DNA of 47,311 nt, taken from contig JBJOMF010000153.1 of assembly GCA_046052505.1 (NCBI GenBank), forward strand, positions 1 through 47,311, written 5' to 3'. Of the stretch, positions 20,285-29,268 are shown piece by piece (position 1 is the first letter of the stretch; each line of letters starts with the position of its first letter). The notes under the pieces are model-generated. The model did not search any database, was not told the DNA's origin, and worked only from the letters and a program-made list of their open reading frames with translations. This DNA comes from Bacteroidota bacterium. Lineage in GTDB: Bacteria; Bacteroidota; Bacteroidia; Chitinophagales; Chitinophagaceae. Both the position numbers and the translations under genes were made by a program.

Positions 20285-22402
20285 TTGGCAAGACCCAGCC
20301 TGCATATCGCCCTTGTCGGGAACCCCAACAGCGGGAAAAGCTCCCTGTTCAACTGCCTGACAGGACTGAACCAGAAAGTGGGCAATTTCCCCGGTGTCAC
20401 GGTCGACAAAAAGTCCGGCATCGCACAGATCGGCGAGTCCCTTATAGCCGAGGTCACCGACCTCCCCGGATCCTACAGCCTCTATCCGCGGCGAATGGAC
20501 GAGTGGGTGAGCTATCGTGTACTACTGGGTCAGGACCCGGAGATCCGGCCTGATCTTGTGATCGCCGTGGCCGATGCCAGCAACCTGAAACGAAACCTGC
20601 TGTACTGCACCCAGCTCATCGACCTCAAAGTGCCGGTTGTCATCGCGCTGACGATGATGGATATGGCCCGGAAAAAGGGCATCCGCATCGATACCGCGGC
20701 ACTGGAACGGGAATTGGGTGTTCCGGTAGTGGCGGTGAACCCGCGAAAGAACAAGGGTATCGGTGCCCTCAAACAGGCGATCGAGCTCACCTCGGAAGGG
20801 AAGTACCAGCCGCCCCTGCGGGACCTGATCGACAACCGAAACCTGGCAGCCGCGCCCATCGGGGAGCTCAAGGAACGATTTCCCGAGCTAAGCGACTATA
20901 CGGCGATCCATTACCTGATCAACCACGATTCCTTTTCGTTCACGGAGGGCCTACAGCGGGATATCGATGCGATCGAAGCCCGTCATCAGTTCAATCCGAC
21001 CAAGACACAGGCCGAGGAGATCCTGCAGCGCTACGGGCGGATCCGGCAGATCATGCAACAAGCCGTATCGGAACCCGATCCGCTGCAAAAAAGCCTGTTC
21101 ACAGAAAAACTGGACACAGTCCTGCTACACCGGCGCTGGGGCTATCTGATCCTGGTGACCGTATTGTTCCTCCTGTTCCAAAGTGTATTCTGGTTGGCGC
21201 AATATCCGATGGATGGTATTGAATGGGGGTTCGCGGAACTCAGCCATTCCTTGTCGGTATCCCTTCCTCACAACCGGTGGAGCGACCTGCTGATCAACGG
21301 GGTCGTTGCAGGGCTCAGCGGCATCCTGGTGTTCGTGCCGCAGATCATGATCCTTTTTGGCCTCGTCACCCTGTTGGAAGACTCGGGGTATATGGCCCGG
21401 ATCAGTTTCCTGAGCGACCGGCTGATGCGGACCGTAGGGCTGAACGGCAAAAGCGTAATGCCTATGATCAGCGGCTTCGCCTGCGCCGTTCCCGCCATCA
21501 TGAGCGCCCGGAATATCGAGAACCGTAAAGAGCGGCTGTTGACCATCCTGATCACCCCGCTGATGAGCTGCTCGGCGCGCCTGCCGGTATATACCATCCT
21601 CATCGGGCTGGTGATCCCACCCACCTACCTGTTCGGATTCCTGAACGTGCAAGGGCTGGTGATGCTGTTATTGTACGTATTGGGACTGGTTCTCGCGCTG
21701 GTCGTGGCCTGGGTGGCTAAATGGTTCATCCGGATCCGCGAAAAAAGCTTCTTCATACTGGAATTGCCCTCCTACCGGTCGCCCCGGTGGAACAATATCA
21801 TCACCACGATGTTCAACAAGGCCCGCATCTTCATCGTCGATGCCGGAAAAGTCATCATGATCATCAGCCTGCTGCTTTGGGGACTGAGTTCTTTCGGTCC
21901 GGGCAACACCATGCAGCGTATCACAAAGGAATACGCCTTAAAAAAATCGGTGGCGGGCGCCGACAGTGCCCGGCTAGACCGGGAGCTGCAGGCGGCGAAA
22001 CTCGAGGGTTCCTATGCCGGAATACTGGGGAAAAGCATCGAGCCCGCGATCGCACCCCTGGGTTTCGACTGGAAGATCGGTATTGCGCTGATCACCTCCT
22101 TTGCCGCCCGGGAGGTCTTTGTTGGTACCATGGCCACCCTCTACAGTGTGGGCGATGAGGATGACGGCCGCCTGCTGCTGAAAGAAAAGATGAAAGCGGC
22201 TCGACGCCCGGACGGACGGCCGGTATTCGATCTGGCAACGGGTCTTTCGCTGATGATCTTCTATGTATTCGCCATGCAATGCATGAGTACGCTGGCTGTG
22301 GTGCGCCGGGAAACGCGGAGTTGGAAGTGGCCTGTGATCCAGCTGGGGTATATGACCCTCCTGGCCTACCTGATGAGTTGGGTCGTGTTCCAGTTGTTCT
22401 GA
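20285..22402 (+). CDS. feoB: Ferrous iron transporter B
   Basis: GNPNSGKSSLFN, GNFPGVTV, DLPGSYSL, LEDSGYMAR, MSCSARLPVY, AAREVFVGTM; TTG start. Confidence 0.96.
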   Translation: MARPSLHIALVGNPNSGKSSLFNCLTGLNQKVGNFPGVTVDKKSGIAQIGESLIAEVTDLPGSYSLYPRRMDEWVSYRVLLGQDPEIRPDLVIAVADASNLKRNLLYCTQLIDLKVPVVIALTMMDMARKKGIRIDTAALERELGVPVVAVNPRKNKGIGALKQAIELTSEGKYQPPLRDLIDNRNLAAAPIGELKERFPELSDYTAIHYLINHDSFSFTEGLQRDIDAIEARHQFNPTKTQAEEILQRYGRIRQIMQQAVSEPDPLQKSLFTEKLDTVLLHRRWGYLILVTVLFLLFQSVFWLAQYPMDGIEWGFAELSHSLSVSLPHNRWSDLLINGVVAGLSGILVFVPQIMILFGLVTLLEDSGYMARISFLSDRLMRTVGLNGKSVMPMISGFACAVPAIMSARNIENRKERLLTILITPLMSCSARLPVYTILIGLVIPPTYLFGFLNVQGLVMLLLYVLGLVLALVVAWVAKWFIRIREKSFFILELPSYRSPRWNNIITTMFNKARIFIVDAGKVIMIISLLLWGLSSFGPGNTMQRITKEYALKKSVAGADSARLDRELQAAKLEGSYAGILGKSIEPAIAPLGFDWKIGIALITSFAAREVFVGTMATLYSVGDEDDGRLLLKEKMKAARRPDGRPVFDLATGLSLMIFYVFAMQCMSTLAVVRRETRSWKWPVIQLGYMTLLAYLMSWVVFQLF

Positions 22403-22408
22403 TCGTGT

Positions 22409-23278
22409 TCAACGATCGTAATGATCCCAGACCATGCGTGTAAGATTGCGAGCCAGCGTCCAGGCCTCATTGTCGTGCGTCCAGCGCTGATCGCGGTTGT
22501 TCTTGGTGAACAGGCAAAGCAGGAACGGATTCCGGGGCGCGTTCACCAGCATGACCTCGCTGCGGGACGCGTTCACACAGCCGTTCTTGCTGAACACTTC
22601 AATCGTAGGCGGGATCTGAGACAGCCCCTCATCTTCATCCCAGAAATTTCGGCCCAGGAGCCGCATCATCCGTTCACAGGCGCTCGGGGAAAATAGTTCG
22701 TTACGGTAGATCCGCTCGAACAGAAGGCCCATCTCGCGCGGGGTGGTCTGTCCCCATTGATACCGGGCGCGGTTGGCTTCGCGGCCCGGGGTCCTGGAGT
22801 TGATGCGGGTGTCGCGAAAACCCAGGCTGTCGAGTATATGGTTCACGCGTGTTCCCGTGCCTGCGATTCGCTGCAGCCAGAGGCTGGCCGTATTGTCGCT
22901 GGTAGTAAGCATCAGCATCAGCAATTTTTTCAGTGAGATCGGCTCCCCGCTCCGGAAGGAACCCAAGATATCCTCCCCTTCGTAGCGAAGGGAGTCGTGG
23001 TAGATGAACAGGGAGTCGTAGTGCAGTTCCCCCAGATGAACCCGGTGAACGATGCCCAGGAGGATCGGCACTTTAACGATGCTGGCCGTGGGGAAAAGAG
23101 TGTCGGCAGCGATGGATATGGTCGTTCCCGTTCGAAGATTCTTCACATAGATCCCCACCTCGCCCTGAAATCCTGCGACAAGTTCCCGGATCCGGGATTC
23201 GAGCCGGGCATCGGATTTCTGGGCATTGATACCGGTACAGAATAGGCAGCAAACAATGAAATGGATCAGGCGCTTCAT
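22409..23278 (-). CDS. Class A beta-lactamase-related serine hydrolase, secreted
   Basis: Signal peptide GINA|Q; SxxK (TASIVK), SDN, TTPREM, and KNG in place of KTG. Confidence 0.85.
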   Translation of the reverse strand: MKRLIHFIVCCLFCTGINAQKSDARLESRIRELVAGFQGEVGIYVKNLRTGTTISIAADTLFPTASIVKVPILLGIVHRVHLGELHYDSLFIYHDSLRYEGEDILGSFRSGEPISLKKLLMLMLTTSDNTASLWLQRIAGTGTRVNHILDSLGFRDTRINSRTPGREANRARYQWGQTTPREMGLLFERIYRNELFSPSACERMMRLLGRNFWDEDEGLSQIPPTIEVFSKNGCVNASRSEVMLVNAPRNPFLLCLFTKNNRDQRWTHDNEAWTLARNLTRMVWDHYDR

Positions 23279-23291
23279 GGCTGCGGGATGA

Positions 23292-24590
23292 TCATTTCAA
23301 CAGATCGATGACGATGGAGCAGAAGGCCTTTACGCCCGTGATCATCCCGCTCTCATCAAGATGAAAGTCGGGCGTATGGTGGGCCGGGGCCTTGTCGGGG
23401 TCCTGTCCTCTAGGCATCACCCCGATCTGGAACATGAAAGCGGGGGCCCGCGTGCCGTAATAGGAAAAATCCTCGGCCAGCGTCACCCAGTTGGTCGGTC
23501 GCACCCGCTCCTTGCCCGCCGCAAGCACGAGGGAAGGAAGGGCCCTGTCCACGAGAGCCGGTTGATTGAAGGTCACCAGTGTTTTGGTGTCGAACATGAC
23601 GGTGGCCGTGGCCCCGGAGGCCGCGGCGATCGAAGCGGCGGTCTTGCGGATCCGCTCTTGAACATCGAGCTGCATGGCACTGTCGAGCGTTCGGATGGTG
23701 CCGGAGAATTCGCAGGTCTCTGGAATAATGTTTTGACGTACCCCACCGTTGATGCGTCCGACGGTGATCACAACGGGAGCTTTCACGATATTCATCTGCC
23801 GGCTGACGATCGACTGCAGACCCTCGATGATCTGGGCGGATACCTGAATCGGATCGATGCTCTTCCAGGGCTGTGACCCGTGGCTGCCGCGGCCATTCAC
23901 CCGAACGGTGAACCAATCGGCCGAGGCCATGAAGGCCCCGGGCTTATAGGCGATATAGCCCGATTCCAAACCGGCATCAACATGGATCCCGAATATCGCG
24001 GACACGGGCGGATCGTCCATCACCCCTTCGCGGATCATCAGCAGGGCCCCACCCTCCTCTCCTTCCGGCGGGCCTTCTTCGGCGGGCTGAAAGATGAACT
24101 TCACGGTCCCCTTCAACTGATTTCGCATGCCAGACAGGATCTCGGCGACCGTCATCAGCATGGCTGTATGCGCATCGTGTCCGCAGGCGTGCATCACGCC
24201 CACCTCCTGGCCGTTGTATTGTGTCCGTACATTGGAGGCAAAGGGCAAGGCGTTGCGTTCCGTGAGGGGCAGCGCGTCCATATCGGCACGGAGGGCGATA
24301 CAGGGACCAGGTTGTGACCCGCGAAGGATGCCTACCACGCCGGTGCGGGCCAGGTTCTCACGGGTTTCGATCCCCAGGGCCCTGAGGTGGCTAGCCACGA
24401 TGGAGGCGGTACGGGTCTCCCGGTTCCCCAGTTCGGGGTGCTGATGAAGGTCGCGACGCCAGGCGATGCATTGGGGTTCGAGCCGAAGCGCCTCGGCGGC
24501 CGCTTTTTCACGGAGGGCGGCACGGCCATCCTGTGCCTGCAGGATCAAGGGGAGCCACGCCATCAGGCATGCAACTGCCATTCGCATCAT
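23292..24590 (-). CDS. M20D family amidohydrolase, secreted
   Basis: RRDLHQHPELG, LRADMDALP, MHACGHDAH, FQPAEEG, GSHGSQPW, AEDFSYY, HHTPDF; start MMRMAVACL at 24590 (signal ILQA|Q). Confidence 0.92.
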   Translation of the reverse strand: MMRMAVACLMAWLPLILQAQDGRAALREKAAAEALRLEPQCIAWRRDLHQHPELGNRETRTASIVASHLRALGIETRENLARTGVVGILRGSQPGPCIALRADMDALPLTERNALPFASNVRTQYNGQEVGVMHACGHDAHTAMLMTVAEILSGMRNQLKGTVKFIFQPAEEGPPEGEEGGALLMIREGVMDDPPVSAIFGIHVDAGLESGYIAYKPGAFMASADWFTVRVNGRGSHGSQPWKSIDPIQVSAQIIEGLQSIVSRQMNIVKAPVVITVGRINGGVRQNIIPETCEFSGTIRTLDSAMQLDVQERIRKTAASIAAASGATATVMFDTKTLVTFNQPALVDRALPSLVLAAGKERVRPTNWVTLAEDFSYYGTRAPAFMFQIGVMPRGQDPDKAPAHHTPDFHLDESGMITGVKAFCSIVIDLLK

Positions 24591-24678
24591 AAAAAGGTTT
24601 GAACCATGAATATACTGTAAAAGCGGCGTTGGGGCCGGACACCGGCCCCCTCCCATTATTTTTTTATATTTATCCGTC

Positions 24679-25926
24679 ATGCTGCTGCGCCATATCCCAT
24701 TCCTGAAGGCGGTGCTTCTGCACAGTCTGACCGCCTTTGGCGGGCCCCAGGCGCACCTGGGAATGATGTTGCGGACCTTTGTGCAGCGGCGGGAATACGT
24801 CACCGAGCGGGAACTGATGGAGTACAACGCCTTCTGCCAGCTGCTGCCCGGGGCCTCATCCACCCAGACGTTGACGCTGATCGGATATAAACGGGGCGGT
24901 GTTCCGCTGGCGGTGATCACGCTCATCATCTGGATCCTGCCGGCATCGCTGATCATGGGATCCCTCTCCTTCTTGCTTGGCTATGTCGATCAGCGAAACC
25001 TGGGCACCGATCTCTTCAAGTTCATCCCTCCTATGGCCGCAGGATTCCTGGCCTTTGCGGCGGCGGCGGCCTTTCCCCATGCCGTTCGAAATACGATCAC
25101 CTGGATCATCATGGCGCTGGGCACCATCGTCACTTTCTGGCTCTTTGGCAAGCCCTGGGTAATTCCCGTGCTGATCGTATCGGCTGGCATCGCCACCAAC
25201 TTCAGTCGCAAACGGATCCCGCAGACCGAACTCAAGCCCCGTAAGATCAAGTGGTGGAACTTCTGGCTCTTCGGCATCATTTTCATGTTGGCAGGGTTCG
25301 TGAGTGAGTGGGCCCGGAAGAGCGACTGGGAGGGGCGCCGGCCCGTGAACCTGTTCGAAAATACCTATCGGATGGGGAGCCTCGTATTCGGAGGCGGGCA
25401 GGTACTGATCCCGCTGATGTATGAGCAGTGGAGCGTGCGGCCCGCAAGCGAGCGGGTCCGGGAGCGAAATCCAAATGCCATTCAGATCGAGGAGAAGGAC
25501 TTGTTCACCGGAATGGGCATCGTGCGTGCGGTACCCGGACCGGTCTTTTCTATAGCCGCTTTTACCGGCGGAATGGCGTTGAGGGATATGGGGGGCCGCA
25601 TGCAGGTACTGGGGTGTCTGATCGGTATGGTGGCGATCTTTCTGCCCAGTGCGTTGCTGGTACTGTTTTTCTTTCCGATCTGGAACAACCTGAAAAAGTA
25701 TGCCGCAGTATACCGATCGGTCGAAGGGATCAATGCGGTGGTGGTGGGCATCATGATCGCCTCCACGATCTATATCATGAAGGATATCTCGTTCGGAGAC
25801 GGACGCCCGGTGAGCTGGGTGAACCTGGTCACTTTCTCCGGCACGTTCCTGTTGCTTCAGTTTACCCGGCTGATCCCCCCCCTGATCGTGATGGCCTGCC
25901 TGCTCCTGGGCGGGTTCGTTTCCTGA
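24679..25926 (+). CDS. chrA: Chromate ion transporter (CHR family, long chain)
   Basis: [41 protein letters not shown]. Confidence 0.9.
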   Translation: MLLRHIPFLKAVLLHSLTAFGGPQAHLGMMLRTFVQRREYVTERELMEYNAFCQLLPGASSTQTLTLIGYKRGGVPLAVITLIIWILPASLIMGSLSFLLGYVDQRNLGTDLFKFIPPMAAGFLAFAAAAAFPHAVRNTITWIIMALGTIVTFWLFGKPWVIPVLIVSAGIATNFSRKRIPQTELKPRKIKWWNFWLFGIIFMLAGFVSEWARKSDWEGRRPVNLFENTYRMGSLVFGGGQVLIPLMYEQWSVRPASERVRERNPNAIQIEEKDLFTGMGIVRAVPGPVFSIAAFTGGMALRDMGGRMQVLGCLIGMVAIFLPSALLVLFFFPIWNNLKKYAAVYRSVEGINAVVVGIMIASTIYIMKDISFGDGRPVSWVNLVTFSGTFLLLQFTRLIPPLIVMACLLLGGFVS

Positions 25927-25931
25927 TCCAT

Positions 25932-26504
25932 TCAGTTACGATAGTAACCGCCTTTTTCGATCTCCTCCAGAACGGCATCGGGCACCATGTAGCGCACCGA
26001 TTTTCCAGCGGCAATGTTGTGGCGGATATGGGATGCGGTGAGCTGCAGGAGAGGGGCGTCAACGACCGTGAGTCGCGCGTTCCGTTCGTTGGTGATATCG
26101 AATCCGGGGCGGCGGTATACGTAGATCGCATGATTCGATACGATGGCCTCCGGGTTTTTCCATTTGGGAAGGTTCTGAAAGCTGTCGCTTCCCATGATGA
26201 TGCAGAATTCCTGGTCGGGATACCGTTCGCGCAACCAGGCAAGGGTGTTGGCGGTGTACGATGGTTTGGGAAGTCCGAATTCGATGTCGGAAGCCTTCAT
26301 CCGGTTGTCATTCTCTATGGCGGTCTTGACCAGATGGAGACGATGGTATTCGTTCAGTAACTGATTTTCCGATTTGAATGGGTTCTGGGGAGATACGACG
26401 AACCAGACTTTTTCGATATCGGTCTCGTTCAACATATGATTGGCAATGATCAGGTGGGCAACATGTACCGGATTGAAGGAACCGAAAAAGAGCCCAATTT
26501 TCAT
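25932..26504 (-). CDS. nadD: Nicotinate-nucleotide adenylyltransferase
   Basis: KIGLFFGSFNPVHVAH, VVSPQNPFK, PSYTANTL, IMGSDS, YRRPG. Confidence 0.95.
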   Translation of the reverse strand: MKIGLFFGSFNPVHVAHLIIANHMLNETDIEKVWFVVSPQNPFKSENQLLNEYHRLHLVKTAIENDNRMKASDIEFGLPKPSYTANTLAWLRERYPDQEFCIIMGSDSFQNLPKWKNPEAIVSNHAIYVYRRPGFDITNERNARLTVVDAPLLQLTASHIRHNIAAGKSVRYMVPDAVLEEIEKGGYYRN

Positions 26505-26517
26505 ATATAATTGATAA

Positions 26518-26748
26518 TCAACTTATTGTGTCGACAATAATCTGATCTGCCTCATCGATGCGAAGGCTGAGATGATAGCCTGAAACACTGATGGACACGG
26601 GGCCGCCCATGGGGGCGATCTGCTCCATCAGGATCCGCTCACCAGGAACGCATCCCATTTCCATCAGTTTCAGCAAAAGGTCGTTGCTCTGAAACTCCCT
26701 GATGGTGCCTTCCTGACCGGGCCGGAGTTCTGACAATCGCGTGATCAT
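26518..26748 (-). CDS. feoA: Ferrous iron transport protein A
   Basis: LSELRPGQEG...KLMEMGCVPG...APMGGPV...LSLRIDEA. Confidence 0.9.
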   Translation of the reverse strand: MITRLSELRPGQEGTIREFQSNDLLLKLMEMGCVPGERILMEQIAPMGGPVSISVSGYHLSLRIDEADQIIVDTIS

Positions 26749-26767
26749 TCGGGTGGGGTTGGGACCG

Positions 26768-26781
26768 CAAATCTACTTTTG
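26768..26781. promoter_or_regulatory. Overlapping divergent -7 boxes for feoA (minus strand, TAGATTTG) and ybeY (plus strand, TACTTTTG)
   Basis: CAAATCTACTTTTG contains TAnnTTTG on both strands within a 64-nt intergenic region. Confidence 0.45.
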
Positions 26782-26812
26782 TTGAGTGGTATTTTGCAAC
26801 GAATTTTGAGGA

Positions 26813-27280
26813 ATGCCCCCTGCAAAAAAAAATACGCCCCGCGCGCACGCCTCGATCCGTTTCCACTTTGAGAAAAAGGGCGTTTCTCTGCCAGACCGAG
26901 GACAGCTCAAGCGCTTCATCGAACGTATGACGCGCCGCGAAAAGAAGAAAACAGGCCGCATCGATATTATCTTTTGCAGCGACCGGCGTTTGCTGGCGAT
27001 CAACCGGGAATTCCTCGGCCACGATTATTATACCGATATCATCACATTCGGGCTATCAAAATCCGGTCCCATCATGGCCGAGATCTATATCAGCGTCGAC
27101 CGCATACGTGACAATGCCAGGGCCTATGGCACCAGCCTGAGATCGGAACTTCACCGAGTCATATTCCATGGTGTACTGCATCTTTGCGGATATGGTGATA
27201 AATCACGTAACGAAGTGAAAATGATGCGGGCAAAAGAAGAAAGGGCTTTACACCAGTATTTTAAATTGTGTTCCACGTGA
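26813..27280 (+). CDS. ybeY: rRNA maturation endoribonuclease YbeY
   Basis: INREFLGHDYYTDIITF, EIYISVD, HRVIFHGVLHLCGYGD (Zn-binding His motif). Confidence 0.94.
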   Translation: MPPAKKNTPRAHASIRFHFEKKGVSLPDRGQLKRFIERMTRREKKKTGRIDIIFCSDRRLLAINREFLGHDYYTDIITFGLSKSGPIMAEIYISVDRIRDNARAYGTSLRSELHRVIFHGVLHLCGYGDKSRNEVKMMRAKEERALHQYFKLCST

Positions 27281-27284
27281 AACA
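27269..27284. other. parS site 1 (TGTTCCACGTGAAACA), overlapping the ybeY stop codon
   Basis: One mismatch from the canonical parS palindrome TGTTTCACGTGAAACA. Confidence 0.85.
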
Positions 27285-27293
27285 ACTCTGATT

Positions 27294-27309
27294 GGTTCCA
27301 CGTGGAACT
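27294..27309. other. parS site 2 (GGTTCCACGTGGAACT)
   Basis: Perfect 14-bp core palindrome GTTCCACGTGGAAC, 9 nt from site 1. Confidence 0.75.
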
Positions 27310-27391
27310 AATGATGCAACCCGGAATTCAGGGCTGATGGTGAAATCCTTAGAAAAGGGGCTCGTATCGTGGCTTCGGACCGATACATGAT

Positions 27392-27399
27392 TACCTTTG
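27392..27399 (+). promoter_or_regulatory. -7 promoter element (TACCTTTG) for mnmG
   Basis: Exact TAnnTTTG match 6 nt before ATG 27406. Confidence 0.6.
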
Positions 27400-27405
27400 C
27401 TGCCC

Positions 27406-29268
27406 ATGTTTCCTCAATATGACGTCATAGTGGTGGGTGCCGGCCATGCCGGTTGTGAAGCCGCGGCGGCGGCGGCCAATATGGGCTCCCGAACCCTGTT
27501 GGTGACCATGAACATGCAGACGATCGCCCAGATGAGCTGCAATCCGGCGATGGGCGGGATCGCAAAAGGTCAGATCGTACGGGAGATCGATGCCATGGGG
27601 GGGTACTCGGGGATCGTGACCGACCTTTCCATGATCCAGTTCCGAATGCTCAATCGAAGCAAAGGACCCGCCATGTGGAGCCCGCGGGCACAGAACGACC
27701 GGATGCTGTTTCACCTGAAGTGGCGGGAATTGCTGGAGAAAACACCCCGACTGGATTTCTACCAGGACATGGTTAAAGAACTGATCCTGATCCGAGGCCG
27801 GTGCCAGGGTGTGATCACCGGTATGGGGCATCGGATTCATGCGAAAACCGTGGTGCTCACCAATGGCACCTTCCTGAACGGGATCGTTCACATCGGAGAG
27901 AAGCATTTTGGGGGTGGGCGAATGGCTGAAAAAGCCGCCACCGGAATCACAGAGCAATTGGTTTCGATGGGATTTGAAAGTGACCGGCTCAAAACAGGAA
28001 CACCACCCCGTGTTGATGGACGGAGTCTTGATTATACGAAAATGGAAGAGCAGCCGGGTGATACCGAAATAAGCGGCTTCTCATTTCTGGATACCGAAAA
28101 ACCCACTACGCAACGGAGTTGCTGGATCACCTACACCAATCCGGAGGTACATGATCTGCTCCGAACGGGTTTCGACCGTAGTCCGATGTTCGCCGGACGT
28201 ATCGATGGCGTAGGTCCCCGGTATTGCCCCAGCATAGAGGATAAGATCAACCGGTTCGCCGAGCGAGAACGACACCAGATCTTCGTTGAACCCGAAGGCT
28301 GGAACACGGTTGAGATCTATGTGAACGGTTTCTCCACCTCCCTGCCGGAGGAAATACAATACGAAGCTCTTCGTAGAATACCCGGATTCGAGAATGCGCG
28401 CATGTTCCGTCCGGGCTATGCGATCGAATACGATTATTTCCCGCCGACCCAGTTGACGTATTCGTTGGAGACCCGCCAAATCGAAAATCTCTTCTTCGCA
28501 GGACAGATCAACGGCACTACCGGCTATGAAGAGGCGGCTTGCCAGGGATTAATTGCCGGTATCAACGCCCACCAGCGTGTACACGAGAAAGAACCCTTCA
28601 TTGTGAGACGCAGTGAAGGATACATCGGTGTATTGATCGACGACCTGATCAGCAAGGGTACCCGCGAGCCGTATCGCATGTTCACGTCCCGGGCTGAATA
28701 CCGCACCCTGCTGCGCCAGGATAATGCCGACCTGCGACTGACGGAACGCAGTTTCGCACTGGGTTTAGCTTCACAGGAGCGTATGGAAAGGGTTAGCAGC
28801 AAAAAAAATTCCGTTGACCGTATACGCACCTGCCTGCAGGAGCTCGCCATCGAACCCGATGAGATCAATGACTGGTTCGGGGAGATCCAAAGTGCCCCGA
28901 TCACCGAAAAACAAAGAGCGGCCAAGATCCTCCTGCGCCCGGATGTGGAGTGGGATACTCTGGCAGCCGCAGTACCGAACGTCGCAGCGGTACTCCGACC
29001 CTTTGGAGCGGAAGCCTGCGAGCAGGCAGCGATTCAGATCAAATATCAGGTTTACATAGAAAAAGAGCGAGAGTTGGTGCAACGAATGAGCCAGTTGGAA
29101 GACCTCGAGATACCGGATGTTTTCGACTATCAAAAGATCCCTTCGCTGGGAAACGAAGCCCGTGAGAAACTGGCCCGTATGAAACCCCGTACACTGGGCC
29201 AAGCCAGCCGTATTTCAGGAATCAATCCGAGTGATGTGCAGATCCTGATGGTATATATGGGGCGCTGA
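27406..29268 (+). CDS. mnmG: tRNA uridine-5-carboxymethylaminomethyl(34) synthesis enzyme MnmG (GidA)
   Basis: YDVIVVGAGHAGCEAA, MSCNPAMGGIAKG, RLKTGTPPR, GPRYCPSIEDK, AGQINGTTGYEEAA, EPYRMFTSRAEYR. Confidence 0.98.
   Translation: MFPQYDVIVVGAGHAGCEAAAAAANMGSRTLLVTMNMQTIAQMSCNPAMGGIAKGQIVREIDAMGGYSGIVTDLSMIQFRMLNRSKGPAMWSPRAQNDRMLFHLKWRELLEKTPRLDFYQDMVKELILIRGRCQGVITGMGHRIHAKTVVLTNGTFLNGIVHIGEKHFGGGRMAEKAATGITEQLVSMGFESDRLKTGTPPRVDGRSLDYTKMEEQPGDTEISGFSFLDTEKPTTQRSCWITYTNPEVHDLLRTGFDRSPMFAGRIDGVGPRYCPSIEDKINRFAERERHQIFVEPEGWNTVEIYVNGFSTSLPEEIQYEALRRIPGFENARMFRPGYAIEYDYFPPTQLTYSLETRQIENLFFAGQINGTTGYEEAACQGLIAGINAHQRVHEKEPFIVRRSEGYIGVLIDDLISKGTREPYRMFTSRAEYRTLLRQDNADLRLTERSFALGLASQERMERVSSKKNSVDRIRTCLQELAIEPDEINDWFGEIQSAPITEKQRAAKILLRPDVEWDTLAAAVPNVAAVLRPFGAEACEQAAIQIKYQVYIEKERELVQRMSQLEDLEIPDVFDYQKIPSLGNEAREKLARMKPRTLGQASRISGINPSDVQILMVYMGR

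Noticed and set aside
22409-23278. Bona fide antibiotic-resistance beta-lactamase
   Set aside because: No clear Glu166 omega-loop motif and KTG is replaced by KNG; better treated as a related serine hydrolase
24631-24649. GC hairpin GGGGCCGG-aca-CCGGCCCC between the divergent M20 and chrA genes
   Set aside because: It lies between two gene starts, so a terminator role is not evident and the function cannot be supported
24591-24956. N-terminal extension of the M20 amidohydrolase ORF (554-aa version)
   Set aside because: It overlaps divergent chrA; the signal peptide begins at Met 24590. Similar over-extended starts were trimmed for comB, pspC, padR, asnS, selD, fhs, the NuoEF-like gene and the NTPase.
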